IMG/VR virus record: IMGVR_UViG_3300045988_169928 | Coordinates: 1 to 64,000 of that record | Source of the DNA: a virus | Direction: 5' to 3' (one strand) | DNA length: 64,000 nucleotides | Shown here: positions 37,601-45,914 of the stretch, in pieces | Layout of the letters: each line of letters begins with the position of its first letter | Position numbering within the stretch: position 1 is the first letter of the stretch | Translations under genes and position numbers: made by a program | Notes under the pieces: model-generated | Database searches by the model: none | The model's input: the letters and a program-made list of their open reading frames with translations, nothing else | Told to the model about the DNA's origin: nothing

Positions 37601-39954
37601 GCACCTGGTTTACCCGGCACCCCATCTTTACCATCTGTACCATCAGTACCTTTCATTAATGACCACGTGTACTTAGTAGGGTCAGTGCTATCTTCAGATG
37701 TAAAGTCAACTAGCAAACCAATATAAGAAGCACCACTAAAGCTATCTACACTAAAATTACTCTTACCATCAGCACTAGTTGCATAAGCAATGTGGGTATA
37801 ACTAGTTTTACCGTCTGTACCAGGAATACCTTGTGGACCCTGGGTAGGAACAACTACCCATGTACCATTTTGATACTGTTTTAGTGTACCATCTGTATCT
37901 GTCCAAAAGTCACCATCATTAGGGTCAGCTGGGGCAGAACTAGCAACATAATTATTGTTAACATTATTATCAATAAACTGTACCCAATTCTTGCTAGAAA
38001 TATCCCATTTGTAAACATTGTACTTAGTCTTACCATCACTAGTAGAAGCAACATTTTGATACCATAAATCACCATCATTGTATTGAGTACCACTAGGTTC
38101 GGTGGCTTGATAGTAGTTATGAGGTAACTTATCTGCGGTTTCTTGGGCTTTTTCAGCGGCTGTCTTTGCGTCTTGGTAGCCCTTGAGGTTAGCTTCCTGC
38201 CAGACACTATTGGTATACTGCATAATATTGCTAGTACCATCAGAGTTAGTTTGAAGCCAAAGGTCGCCCTCTTTAACGTTAGCTCGATCTGGTTCTTGTG
38301 ACCCTTGATAGATAGAGTTAGCCTTATTAGAGGTTTCACCAACCTTCTGGTTTAACTGGGAAGTAAACTTGCTCCGATATGTTTCTAACAAGCCCATGAA
38401 GTCAGTAATTGCTTCATCAATCTTTACCCGATCAACTTTAACATTACCCTCGGTTTCAAAAATCCAATCGGTTAAGTTTTTTAAGGAGTTTTCATTCGTT
38501 TTGAGTTCGCTAACGTCAATTCCAACCGTAGTCCCATAGTCCATTAAGGCTTGGCACTGTGAATACAAAGCATTGAGTTGCTGTTGTAATTGGGCCTTAT
38601 CATGGGGGGTTAAAATGTCGGGGTCTGAACTAGCGTCCCCACTAATTTTAACCCCAGTTGAACCTGATGTTCCATTATTAACCTGAATCGAACCCGCTGT
38701 AATGGTTCCCATATCTGGACTAATATCAGACAGTTTAATAATGTTCATCTTATCAGCCGTGACTGTCTTATCCTTTAGCTTAGTACCATCAATGGTACTA
38801 TCTTCAATGTTATCCCCAGAAAAGTTCTTAACTGTAATCTTGCTAAAGTCCATGACCCCGCCGTCAAGGAACATACTAAGAGCGGATAGGCTATTTGAGT
38901 TAGAATCAAATAACTTAACATCATTGATATAAACCCCGTCCGTCCGAACTTCAAGATTAGTGGCTTGCTCCTTGGAATCAACTGTTGTGGAACTCTTTAA
39001 AGAGATAGTATCATCTTTGGTTTTCCCTAGGTCGAAAGTAACAGTCGTTGGGGCACTATCAAAATCAGCAGTATAGGTCTGATCTTCTTCACTAGCCCGA
39101 GGTAGGCCTGCCTTTTTCTTTTGGTGGCCGATATACTTGTTGAGTTGCATACCGTTCTTATCCATATGTAAGACGGTAGAAACTCCAGTAAAGGAGGTGT
39201 TAGTAAAGACTAACTCAAAATCCCCGGACTTATTAACATAAAACCGGGTAATGTGATTATCTGCGTCTAAGCCATTTGGGTTATCCTCATGGACAAGTAA
39301 CCAATCCCCGGCTTTTTCCCGTTGTGGGTCATGGATCTTTCCATCAATGGTTGAATAAGGAACCAAGGATAAGTCAGTATAAAGTTCTGAATAGTCTTGG
39401 GAAGTATCATCATCAATGACCATAAAGGAATAACCATTCAAACTTTCAAATAGCCGACCGGAACCCGATCGATAACTAATTTGACCAGAATGGTGAACGT
39501 GTTGTTCTGCTAGACCTGTTTCAGCAATGTAACCATCTTTATCATCACCACTATCAAATAGGGTTGGTGAAATAGCTTCGTATTGTTCCCCATTAGGAGC
39601 ATATACCCCAATTACAATTGGTGACGTCTTGTGACCATTAAGATAAGCGATGGCTACAGTATCACCAATCTGAACTGGGCGGTAGTGTCCATAAGTACGA
39701 CCTTCACTATCTTGGCCAAAGTAATCAAGTGGAATCCGAGCGCTCCCAGTCCCATTACCACTACCATCAGCAACAATACTAGATACCCCGCTAGTCAACT
39801 TAAAGTCTAGGGTTCCTTGGTGATAGTAAACCTTAGTAACTTTACCCAAGACAATTAAACTAGCGTCCTCACTGGAACCAATATTTACCTTAGATAAACT
39901 AGCTTGGTGTGTCGTGGGGTCAAGATTAAAGATATTATTACTCATATACACCAC
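31690..39954 (-). CDS. giant tail spike/fiber protein (2754 aa): gpV/gp5-like OB-fold N-terminus, six collagen-like (G-X-Y)n tracts each followed by a beta-module of about 50 aa, and a long C-terminal beta-rich region
   Basis: N-terminal RIPLDYFGQDSEGRTYGHYRPVQIGDTVAIAYLNGHKTSPIVIGVYAPNG fits the phage baseplate-spike (gpV/VgrG) OB-fold signature. G-X-Y runs such as GDPGEQGLQGLQGPKGEQGIQGPAGADGKSSY occur six times. Each run is followed by YTHIAYA.S.DGK..F....YIG.Y.DFT.EDS.DPTKYTWS. Confidence 0.8.
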   Translation of the reverse strand: MVYMSNNIFNLDPTTHQASLSKVNIGSSEDASLIVLGKVTKVYYHQGTLDFKLTSGVSSIVADGSGNGTGSARIPLDYFGQDSEGRTYGHYRPVQIGDTVAIAYLNGHKTSPIVIGVYAPNGEQYEAISPTLFDSGDDKDGYIAETGLAEQHVHHSGQISYRSGSGRLFESLNGYSFMVIDDDTSQDYSELYTDLSLVPYSTIDGKIHDPQREKAGDWLLVHEDNPNGLDADNHITRFYVNKSGDFELVFTNTSFTGVSTVLHMDKNGMQLNKYIGHQKKKAGLPRASEEDQTYTADFDSAPTTVTFDLGKTKDDTISLKSSTTVDSKEQATNLEVRTDGVYINDVKLFDSNSNSLSALSMFLDGGVMDFSKITVKNFSGDNIEDSTIDGTKLKDKTVTADKMNIIKLSDISPDMGTITAGSIQVNNGTSGSTGVKISGDASSDPDILTPHDKAQLQQQLNALYSQCQALMDYGTTVGIDVSELKTNENSLKNLTDWIFETEGNVKVDRVKIDEAITDFMGLLETYRSKFTSQLNQKVGETSNKANSIYQGSQEPDRANVKEGDLWLQTNSDGTSNIMQYTNSVWQEANLKGYQDAKTAAEKAQETADKLPHNYYQATEPSGTQYNDGDLWYQNVASTSDGKTKYNVYKWDISSKNWVQFIDNNVNNNYVASSAPADPNDGDFWTDTDGTLKQYQNGTWVVVPTQGPQGIPGTDGKTSYTHIAYATSADGKSNFSVDSFSGASYIGLLVDFTSEDSTDPTKYTWSLMKGTDGTDGKDGVPGKPGADGKTSYVHFAYANSSDGTNGFNLTYFANALYVGTYTDFTEEDSSDHTKYTWSRLKGDPGEQGLQGLQGPKGEQGIQGPAGADGKSSYTHIAYANSLDGKTDFTVSDSNRTYIGMYVDFTSEDSTDPTKYAWSLIKGADGADGKDGVPGKPGADGKTPYLHIAYADSSDGKTNFSLDTPGSRKYIGSYTDFIQTDSTNPALYSWQLVQGPKGDQGDQGIPGAKGVDGKTYYTWIKYATDSSGSSMSDSPTGMSYIGIAYNKESSNESSTATDYTWSLIKGADGVPGKPGADGQTTYFHIAYANSADGSVGFTDTPGNNSYNYFGTYTDYNLTSSDDPTKYTWVKMFDSSKKRNFTSTPTTPYDLGDIWTTSGSTYFCTTARPSGAFTQSDWTLQQLTIQSLDSNLQANINGDKNLLMVDDVTYYSNPVLDSTSTYNGDYPFDYTSTDTTYTFQVQAKSTVSGDYVHMYPAWGNAYSQLQNKTTQVSVTTSPSVPNQTSTFTSTDSETKLLLTTDWVTYTCTVSGTWDKGSVLTALLGQVYNSETKGTVSFRSVKLVAGNAIKDYTRDDSITVAQGSNYWDLTTLQKGSSVNRGGLNLWLNSKSFANTDINNPTVDWNTGSDGIATAHITSTTSSGGFYGRWNAIYANSTEPFAIGDSETFSVEMKGSGTFMIGREGDFTKVVTLTSNWTRYAVSGTVNSANKAHIIYHAKSESCDAYVRLPMVEEGTVAHPWSPNPSDSIYASWLQNKYYTPWYPISEGQRVFLTHYDYPAYPGITTSASVEFADSDHNFISNGTNNHQGNSTLDGNNSQFTNPQSLNGVYYNERMLKISIVSQAATTNYQDLYIQTSGLLQSKLAVSGRGTTVATFDPYSGRRVDTQYWDTFATVDNANALVNYLKSISSQDLVVAIATRDSFIQDSTDFQTASQDLCTLLQSYGLPSTYAPADLQGRVSFAFVGHTPAYQGSSNETLVSSSKGDGQVSTLTAYVSNGHISSTNNTRLVAYANAPAKTAYFRAGYSFSPDEVNRVNFMVTVDKLSTNYSSNIADVSSNAVRKDVTYKGVTLNDNGLTATADKTQVIVNSSNGFAIKKSGVDVFHVDTNGNLTITGSTISTGNISGVDFSGQDLTLSGTLSVNGSIVAANGSFTIDQNGMEVSPQGGGSVVISKGGLTIQGPSVGSQSTAGTYGSNDSLAGDAGLFATKDKSGNTKTWITSSGTLIAQDAVIHGNVSVDKLTLTSQNSEIVFGSGFKIDGNGAMTSTSKNAQISNGTYSDGVIEGSELDIGTAYHSKLSEADKYRYHVSSIGETTFGMSQDLNLMNSIAGVNSSYLSLNNAWTTGQVNFNGTGSAPNNAMRALGVTSDIYADSYGWNHRFSAPVNGVSDTRNYIPIWDKDKQGSMNQYTINYNITDSITSSVNQSMNSNGMNGWGGSDTLSWTLSTVEFPRLVGSLFTFGSNSDLYPTQNKTIKLSANVTYVFGAYIWHCGLHNGARVTIEVSDSDTALQNTHYFFGNPVSYQQSGYSIVAYTPSSDVYLHSVYVESANPGGNQGDNYGVPLSVTDPFAVDLSQFTSKLIGGRLDTLTSLGGRFGMPYPHLDASQFGVLGLIRSDNLTAGDKVVVSIPINYESGTNASFAQINLGVAKPGNDSIYTEIDGEFQPLMPGYYTYDFYFVWKDEYKQYINNNLLQLNLISKGISSNEKAYVVSVDSVRMGIFVGQTTTSSTQYVNEYQTKFSPLGSLQLSHISNPGNFLGVRIAGQTQLTSEGLEINSSYSFLDSYRGGMHISINGKSGIGISGEMNFGNPATQPALSFYGSLPYSTLLEHTIEPQYNVNWDESNSASGIWFDSYGNAHGYGSSLYWHVQSPSYGSNFAVPLADGNEYGFALSSPNGQRGDNILRIGLVHFNKNGGGYVQGNYPALLSGSGDTLAGIAFGAGYVIIFGNRDKRNNFWSFPQGTDDGHTSDSGTVQEVTGSNNM
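36550..37850. repeat. six tandem coding repeats (collagen-like tract plus beta-module, about 210-230 bp each) inside the giant spike/fiber gene
   Basis: Protein residues about 703-1135. The repeats are also visible at DNA level, for example ggtaccccatctttaccatctg recurring near 37160 and 37620. Confidence 0.7.
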
Positions 39955-39960
39955 CCCTCC

Positions 39961-40500
39961 TTAAAATTTAAGCATATACTTAACTACCTTAGAATTGGTA
40001 TTAGTATAAGTTTCTAACATTCGATTCTCATAAAAGAGTAAGGAACCTGTACTTGATACAGCATTGGCCAAAAGAGCATGACTAGCTAAGTCTTTTTGAA
40101 AATCAACAACTCCAATTTGGGTGTACTTAAAGGTATCTAATTCTGATACTGATAGGGTTCCTACTAAACATACATAACGTGCGTCTTGAGTTGGGATCCC
40201 CGTACTAGGTAAAACCGTAGTCGGGTCTACAATTGACCACGCCTTTGACTTATAAGTAATGGTTGTGTCAGTATCGGTAGATGACGTAGAAGCAGTATTT
40301 GTGTCATAACACAGATAAAGATGGTCAACCTTTAAAAAGGCTTTGGGGTCTGTTAAAGAAGTAGTTGTTTCGTTCTCTGCTTCCAGGTTATTAGAATCTG
40401 GCCAGTCAGCTTCCTTAGCAAACTCAAAGTAGAGATGACTATGATTATTAATAAAATTGATTGCTTGTTGAATATGTCCAACTTGTGTTGTAATTGCCAT
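39961..40500 (-). CDS. hypothetical tail/baseplate-associated protein (179 aa)
   Basis: ORF between two fiber genes. Confidence 0.5.
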   Translation of the reverse strand: MAITTQVGHIQQAINFINNHSHLYFEFAKEADWPDSNNLEAENETTTSLTDPKAFLKVDHLYLCYDTNTASTSSTDTDTTITYKSKAWSIVDPTTVLPSTGIPTQDARYVCLVGTLSVSELDTFKYTQIGVVDFQKDLASHALLANAVSSTGSLLFYENRMLETYTNTNSKVVKYMLKF

Positions 40501-40511
40501 ATTTTCCTCAC

Positions 40512-42383
40512 TTAATTTGTTTCCATTGTGAATGTTTCAGCACTATTAGCTAATGTAATTATATCACTTGGGGCGTTAAATAAATACCCTAGGTAATTAA
40601 CTGATAGGATAGTGATATTAGCTACTGTTGGCCAAACCTGAAACATGAAGTTACCCCCATCTGATAGATATGGGGCTATACTTGATAGATTAACCTTAAA
40701 GATAGTGTAATCAGAATGAACTTCATATTCAATAATTGGCTTGACCCAAAGATGGAGATTGTAGTCATATAATTCTAAACGAACATCTTGGGTTAAATCA
40801 ATGTTGGCTTGGTTTTGCAAAACAAGTTCTAATCGTTGGGTATTAGAATTAGCTAAGTTATCTAGGATAAACTGCTTAGCAGTCTGTTCACTAGATTTAA
40901 TTGCTTGCTTGTATACGGTTAAGTAACCTAAAAGATCAACCCCACCTAACAGGCTAGTTTGTGTTTGATCAACGGTAAACGAACTAGCTTGACTATCAAT
41001 TGAACTAATCAAAGTTGGTTGGGTAGTAATTTGACTACCTAACTGTTGTTTTAGGTTTTGTGAGGTAATACCCAACTCTGCTTGTTGCTTAGTTTGTAAC
41101 CAACTATTATAGATACTATTAGAAGGATTAGGTGACCAAGGAGTAGCTATACTACCCTTTTCAATTTTGATGTGTTTAATCTTTAGCAAAGTTGATTTAT
41201 TGGCATAAATAACCCAGTTAACCCAGCCACTATTCCTATTAACAGTGAAAGTATTTGATATTCTTTGCCAATCGCTAGTTAAATTAACTTGACCTAAATT
41301 ACCGTTATCACTACCTTCATAATGAAAATTGCTTCCTTGAATAAAACCATTCCCACATACATCAGCGGATAATGTATATACTTGTCCTACCTCTGGTATA
41401 AATGTACTGGCCCAAGCACCCCAATAGGGACCAAGGCCACTAATTGGTGCATTATTAGCATATTGGACATAGTCTGTTTCATCATCATACTTCTGTATAG
41501 TCTGTGTTCCGTTGTTGTTATGGAAAGGAAACTCAAATTTTGCTGTTCCTGTTAATAAGTTAGTACCACCACCAGTCGTATCAATGACTGTATCATAATC
41601 TTCTTTGTTACTCCCAATATATACTACTGGGTTATAACTAGAGTTACTGGTTGCATACTGTTTTCCCGCATTTAGGTTATCCTTGTTATAGTTAAAAGGA
41701 TCACCTACATAGGTTGCTAAGTCGAGCTTACTATTTAGATAGGCGGAATTAGTCTGGGTAAAGTTAGCATAGTCTGTATCTGAACTTTCAATAATTTGAG
41801 TGGTTGGTAAACTCAAGTCTAAAATCGGTGCTGTATTATTAATTACATTGACTAAACTTGTTACTACCCAATATACACCGGCCGGTCGAAATAGATTGAT
41901 AATCTCATTTACAATCTCACTGTAAGGGCCTTCAATTTGAACATCAATTACTGCATAACGATAGTAGGGATCAGTAAAAAATTTATGTGTATTATAATGA
42001 CTAGCATTCCAAACAAACATATCTCGCCAAGGTTCATAAATGTAGATATGATCTTGGTTAATCTTTAAGAAATCAGTTAAGGCTTTAGTTAAGGCCGGAA
42101 TGGTGTTCCGTTCATGCAAAACATGATTAACCAAAGCGGTTCGATAATCATCATCGCTTCGGTTATCCCGGTGTAACCCTAACCAACGACCCCAGTAATC
42201 AAGCCATCTACCATTAGCGGTATCAAGATATGTTTCTAGTTTAGAACTGTATAGGTCTAATTCTGTTTTATCTAACTCACTCTGTAAACTACTAATAAAA
42301 GCGTCATTAGCTGAACCATCGTCCTTAGTAATACCTTGGACGTTAAACCCCCAAAAGGGTTGTAAATTATCTTTAATTGCCAT
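40512..42383 (-). CDS. baseplate/fiber protein with a DUF2313 (Mu gp48 / P2 gpI-like) N-terminus and a C-terminal receptor-binding region
   Basis: N-terminal LDYWGRWLGL...DDDYRTALV fits the DUF2313 LD.WE..LGL pattern. The central motif EKGSIATPWSPNPSNSIYNSWLQTK is shared with the giant fiber. Confidence 0.6.
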   Translation of the reverse strand: MAIKDNLQPFWGFNVQGITKDDGSANDAFISSLQSELDKTELDLYSSKLETYLDTANGRWLDYWGRWLGLHRDNRSDDDYRTALVNHVLHERNTIPALTKALTDFLKINQDHIYIYEPWRDMFVWNASHYNTHKFFTDPYYRYAVIDVQIEGPYSEIVNEIINLFRPAGVYWVVTSLVNVINNTAPILDLSLPTTQIIESSDTDYANFTQTNSAYLNSKLDLATYVGDPFNYNKDNLNAGKQYATSNSSYNPVVYIGSNKEDYDTVIDTTGGGTNLLTGTAKFEFPFHNNNGTQTIQKYDDETDYVQYANNAPISGLGPYWGAWASTFIPEVGQVYTLSADVCGNGFIQGSNFHYEGSDNGNLGQVNLTSDWQRISNTFTVNRNSGWVNWVIYANKSTLLKIKHIKIEKGSIATPWSPNPSNSIYNSWLQTKQQAELGITSQNLKQQLGSQITTQPTLISSIDSQASSFTVDQTQTSLLGGVDLLGYLTVYKQAIKSSEQTAKQFILDNLANSNTQRLELVLQNQANIDLTQDVRLELYDYNLHLWVKPIIEYEVHSDYTIFKVNLSSIAPYLSDGGNFMFQVWPTVANITILSVNYLGYLFNAPSDIITLANSAETFTMETN

Positions 42384-42387
42384 TTAA

Positions 42388-43941
42388 TCAACCCTCGTCA
42401 ACAACACTATACAGGACTTTAGTATTTCCATTTACATAGTAGATGGTAGTCTTTGTCCATAAGTAAGGTTTGTCATCAGTCGTTTGTACATAATCACTAG
42501 ACCAGTCACCATCCGGTCGAACGGTTTCAGAATTAGCTGTCTGATAAGTAACCTCTGTCCGCCGAATACTTGTGTTATCCAATAATTCGTTAGCTTCATA
42601 GAATTGAACGTTAATGCTACCAACCCTTAGTAATTCATTGGGGTTAGTACGGTAAACGTCTACAATTTCAACCCCACGGTCAATTGTCTTGTTACCATCA
42701 GAATCTAAACTAACTGCCTGTTGCCAATTGTTACCATTCGAGGAAGCAAAGTCCTTGCGATCTCGCTTTAACCCAATTTCCCCGTAGGTGTCATTAGCTG
42801 TAATATCCACCGGTTGAAGATAAGGGTGATTAATCATTGTTCCCTTAACATTAGTCATTGAATCATCAGAGATGGTTGCATATTGAAGCATAGTATCATC
42901 TGGATAGGCGGTAATATTAACCTTGGTATCAGCAATCCCGGTATCGGAAATATCCATTACTTGCTGTTCAATATCAGAGATATAGATATTCTCACCAGCG
43001 GTAAACTGATTAATGTAGTTTTGAATGGTAGCACTAACCGTAGTTAAGAAGTCATCTGTTTGTAAAGTTTCATAATTAACTTGAACCCCAATCGATAAAG
43101 CTAAATTAGTTTTATGCGTTGGCATAACGGTTACTCGAATCCCCGCCGGCCGATATGGTTCCACGGCCTCTGCAATTTGTTGGGCTAAATCATCACTTAA
43201 ATTACCGTTAGCATCATGACAGAATAAAATAACTGAACCATATGTTTCTTCATACTCATACACTCCGGCTACGTTATTTACACTTTCTGCCGCATAAACT
43301 AATGACTGGTTAGTACCCTTAGCAATGGCCTGAATCATCTTACGGAAACGTACTTGTTCTTGATCGGTGGTTTCTTCATCGTTCCCAGTTGTAAATGCTT
43401 GAATATTAGTGACACTAGCATAGCTTCCTACGTCCGTACTAGAATCAATTACATTAGCTGGGATATTCCCGTAAGACCCTTGAACCGTACAGTAAACAGA
43501 TATGGTAAAGGTTTGGGTTCCCTTGGGAATTGTATAATCATTTTTAGTTACATAAACCTGTTCATAGGCACTATTACTAGAATAGAACTTAGTACCCCGG
43601 TTAATAATTGAAGCATTAGCCAAAGGGGCGTTCAGTGTGATTGTAATGTCCCCATAGGCCGTTGTAGCGTTTTGCTTAGAAAACCCAAAGGCACTTGTCA
43701 AACCGTCTACAATCGCTTCCTGTAAGTTCTCAAGGGTATAGTAATAGAGCTTCTCAATCTCAATTGATTCTGCTTCAATTAAAGTCCTAGTAATTGAACC
43801 CTCGGTGAAGTCATTTAAATAATCTGTGTGCGTAGTAATGTAATTAATCTGATCAGTTACCATATCGGTTGCTTTCTTAAAAGCAAAGCCGTTGGTACTA
43901 ATTGTTACTGTATTAGAATTGGTATCGACAGATACGGCCAT
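42388..43941 (-). CDS. baseplate J-like protein (gp6/gpJ family)
   Basis: The N-terminal ...FTEGSITRTLIEAESIEIEKLYYY... matches the conserved baseplate-J region. Size and position, just upstream of the I-like gene, also fit. Confidence 0.7.
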   Translation of the reverse strand: MAVSVDTNSNTVTISTNGFAFKKATDMVTDQINYITTHTDYLNDFTEGSITRTLIEAESIEIEKLYYYTLENLQEAIVDGLTSAFGFSKQNATTAYGDITITLNAPLANASIINRGTKFYSSNSAYEQVYVTKNDYTIPKGTQTFTISVYCTVQGSYGNIPANVIDSSTDVGSYASVTNIQAFTTGNDEETTDQEQVRFRKMIQAIAKGTNQSLVYAAESVNNVAGVYEYEETYGSVILFCHDANGNLSDDLAQQIAEAVEPYRPAGIRVTVMPTHKTNLALSIGVQVNYETLQTDDFLTTVSATIQNYINQFTAGENIYISDIEQQVMDISDTGIADTKVNITAYPDDTMLQYATISDDSMTNVKGTMINHPYLQPVDITANDTYGEIGLKRDRKDFASSNGNNWQQAVSLDSDGNKTIDRGVEIVDVYRTNPNELLRVGSINVQFYEANELLDNTSIRRTEVTYQTANSETVRPDGDWSSDYVQTTDDKPYLWTKTTIYYVNGNTKVLYSVVDEG

Positions 43942-43952
43942 TTAGTTCCCTC

Positions 43953-44666
43953 CTATCTTAATGAGATATTCCCCGTCTTGGAACGGTACAGATACAAGTC
44001 AAAAGCCTGATCATAGTTAATCGGGGTGACAGTAGCATTGATAAATATTTCATCATAAGTGAGTTGACTTTTAGTAATCTTACAGTCTGCAACCCTTGAA
44101 TCAGTTGTAATGGTTCGCCTTAGCTCCACAGCCGCCTCACTCAATAATTTATCATTCATTGGTTGGCCTAACATATCGACTAAACGAGAACCATAGTTAG
44201 GGTGCATAAGTAAGGTTCCCCGTCTAGTTAAGATTCTTAAAATCAAAGACTGCTGTAAATTAGCTAACCCAGATACTCGCTCAAAGGTATAACCATTATC
44301 ATCACTCTGTAATACCCCCATCTGTTCTGTTAATAACGAATCAGTTGAGATATTTAGTTTTAAGTCCATACCCAATGAAGTATCATAATAATAATTCTTA
44401 TAGTGAGCGGTGTTGCTTTCTTCAATTAGGTTTGAATTAGCAGTATCTATATCATTACTATTAGGTAATAGTAAAGACTGTCCCCATGTTAAGAGATGGT
44501 CTGGGTCTTTGAGTTGTTCCTCTGGACTGTCTACAATATACGGGTACTTTAAGTGATTCAGTTTGGCTAATGTTTGCCACTGATCTATATCATTATACAA
44601 CTTTTGGGCAATAACCCGTAAGTCCTCACCAGCCTTGATTACATAATGCTTGTATACTGACAACAC
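43953..44666 (-). CDS. baseplate protein with an N-terminal LysM-like domain
   Basis: YVIKAGEDLRVIAQKLYNDIDQWQTLAKLN is LysM-like, as in P2 gpX or T4 gp53-type baseplate proteins. Confidence 0.55.
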   Translation of the reverse strand: MLSVYKHYVIKAGEDLRVIAQKLYNDIDQWQTLAKLNHLKYPYIVDSPEEQLKDPDHLLTWGQSLLLPNSNDIDTANSNLIEESNTAHYKNYYYDTSLGMDLKLNISTDSLLTEQMGVLQSDDNGYTFERVSGLANLQQSLILRILTRRGTLLMHPNYGSRLVDMLGQPMNDKLLSEAAVELRRTITTDSRVADCKITKSQLTYDEIFINATVTPINYDQAFDLYLYRSKTGNISLR

Positions 44667-44674
44667 GCCACCCC

Positions 44675-45244
44675 CTATTTTGTATGCCCATAAGTGGACA
44701 ACACATAAGCTAATCGATTTTCCAGATAACCTAAATCAATTTCAAACTTACGTAATTTATTAATAATATCCACGTAATAATCAGTTTCACGGTTCATTAT
44801 ATCTTGATGATCGCCAAACCAATCACATAACAAATTTAAATTCTTACGAATCCGTTGAATATCCACCTTAGAAATTTCATTTACTAATTCAACTTGGTTT
44901 ACCACAGCCCAGTTGAAAGCTACAATTTCCAAATATTGAGCTACCAACACCATATAAACCCCCGGGTGGGAATGAAATAAGTTAGTTTGTTCAATGTATT
45001 CCTCAAACTGACCGGTGGTAGATGAAGTATTAGTAAACTTAACTGGTAGGTAACTACTGGTAACTTTAGTAAACAGATATAGTAATCGAGAAGTTGATAA
45101 ATCCGGTTGCCCATACCCATTAAAATCAGATAAGTAACGGTCGGGTATTACAACCTTATCATCATTAGTTACATTTAATAGCTTATATAATAAATATTGC
45201 TTATAAGTAATACTTGGAAATACACTTGCTGTACTAACCGCCAT
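44675..45244 (-). CDS. hypothetical baseplate-region protein (189 aa)
   Basis: ORF. Confidence 0.5.
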   Translation of the reverse strand: MAVSTASVFPSITYKQYLLYKLLNVTNDDKVVIPDRYLSDFNGYGQPDLSTSRLLYLFTKVTSSYLPVKFTNTSSTTGQFEEYIEQTNLFHSHPGVYMVLVAQYLEIVAFNWAVVNQVELVNEISKVDIQRIRKNLNLLCDWFGDHQDIMNRETDYYVDIINKLRKFEIDLGYLENRLAYVLSTYGHTK

Positions 45245-45252
45245 CTACTCAC

Positions 45253-45843
45253 CTACTTTCCATCATTTAACATTTGTCGAACCGTATACCCAATATTAGA
45301 ATAATACAAATTAGATTGACCACTATTGTTTGCATATGGATCAGTAATTAACGTCTGTGACTTATCATCTGTACTGGCAGTATCTAATCTTCCTCGTACA
45401 ATCATGGTAATAGAATAACGTACTAAAATTGGTTCTGAAACATCTTGGGTAAAAGAATAACCATTTGGACTAATTGCCACATCATACCAATAATCATCAG
45501 TATAGTTCCAAAATTCAAGATAGTGTAAACTAGACGTTGCGGGAGGTGCCATACGAGAATCTGTATATGCGGTAAGGAAAAGCCGTAACTTTTTATAGTC
45601 CTCAAACCCTAAACCTTGACGCCAACCTGTTGTCCCAGAGATGGTAATTGTACGTTCCCCAGTACCTAGTTCCTGAACACTACCCCATTGAGCAGTATTG
45701 ATATAACTTGTTCGGGTTGCTACCTGTTCTTGGATATTTTGGGGATTGATAGCAAAATTAAAGGTATCAATTACATTCCCATTTACGTCAACTTGTTTAA
45801 ACGCTACCCGACTTAATCTGTGGTAGCCATCTGCAATTGCCAT
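45253..45843 (-). CDS. hypothetical baseplate-region protein (196 aa)
   Basis: ORF. Confidence 0.5.
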   Translation of the reverse strand: MAIADGYHRLSRVAFKQVDVNGNVIDTFNFAINPQNIQEQVATRTSYINTAQWGSVQELGTGERTITISGTTGWRQGLGFEDYKKLRLFLTAYTDSRMAPPATSSLHYLEFWNYTDDYWYDVAISPNGYSFTQDVSEPILVRYSITMIVRGRLDTASTDDKSQTLITDPYANNSGQSNLYYSNIGYTVRQMLNDGK

Positions 45844-45914
45844 TTATTTTATCCCCCCTTATTCAAATTTAATATACGAAAAAGGGAACCTATCAAGGCT
45901 CCCTTTATTAGTTA

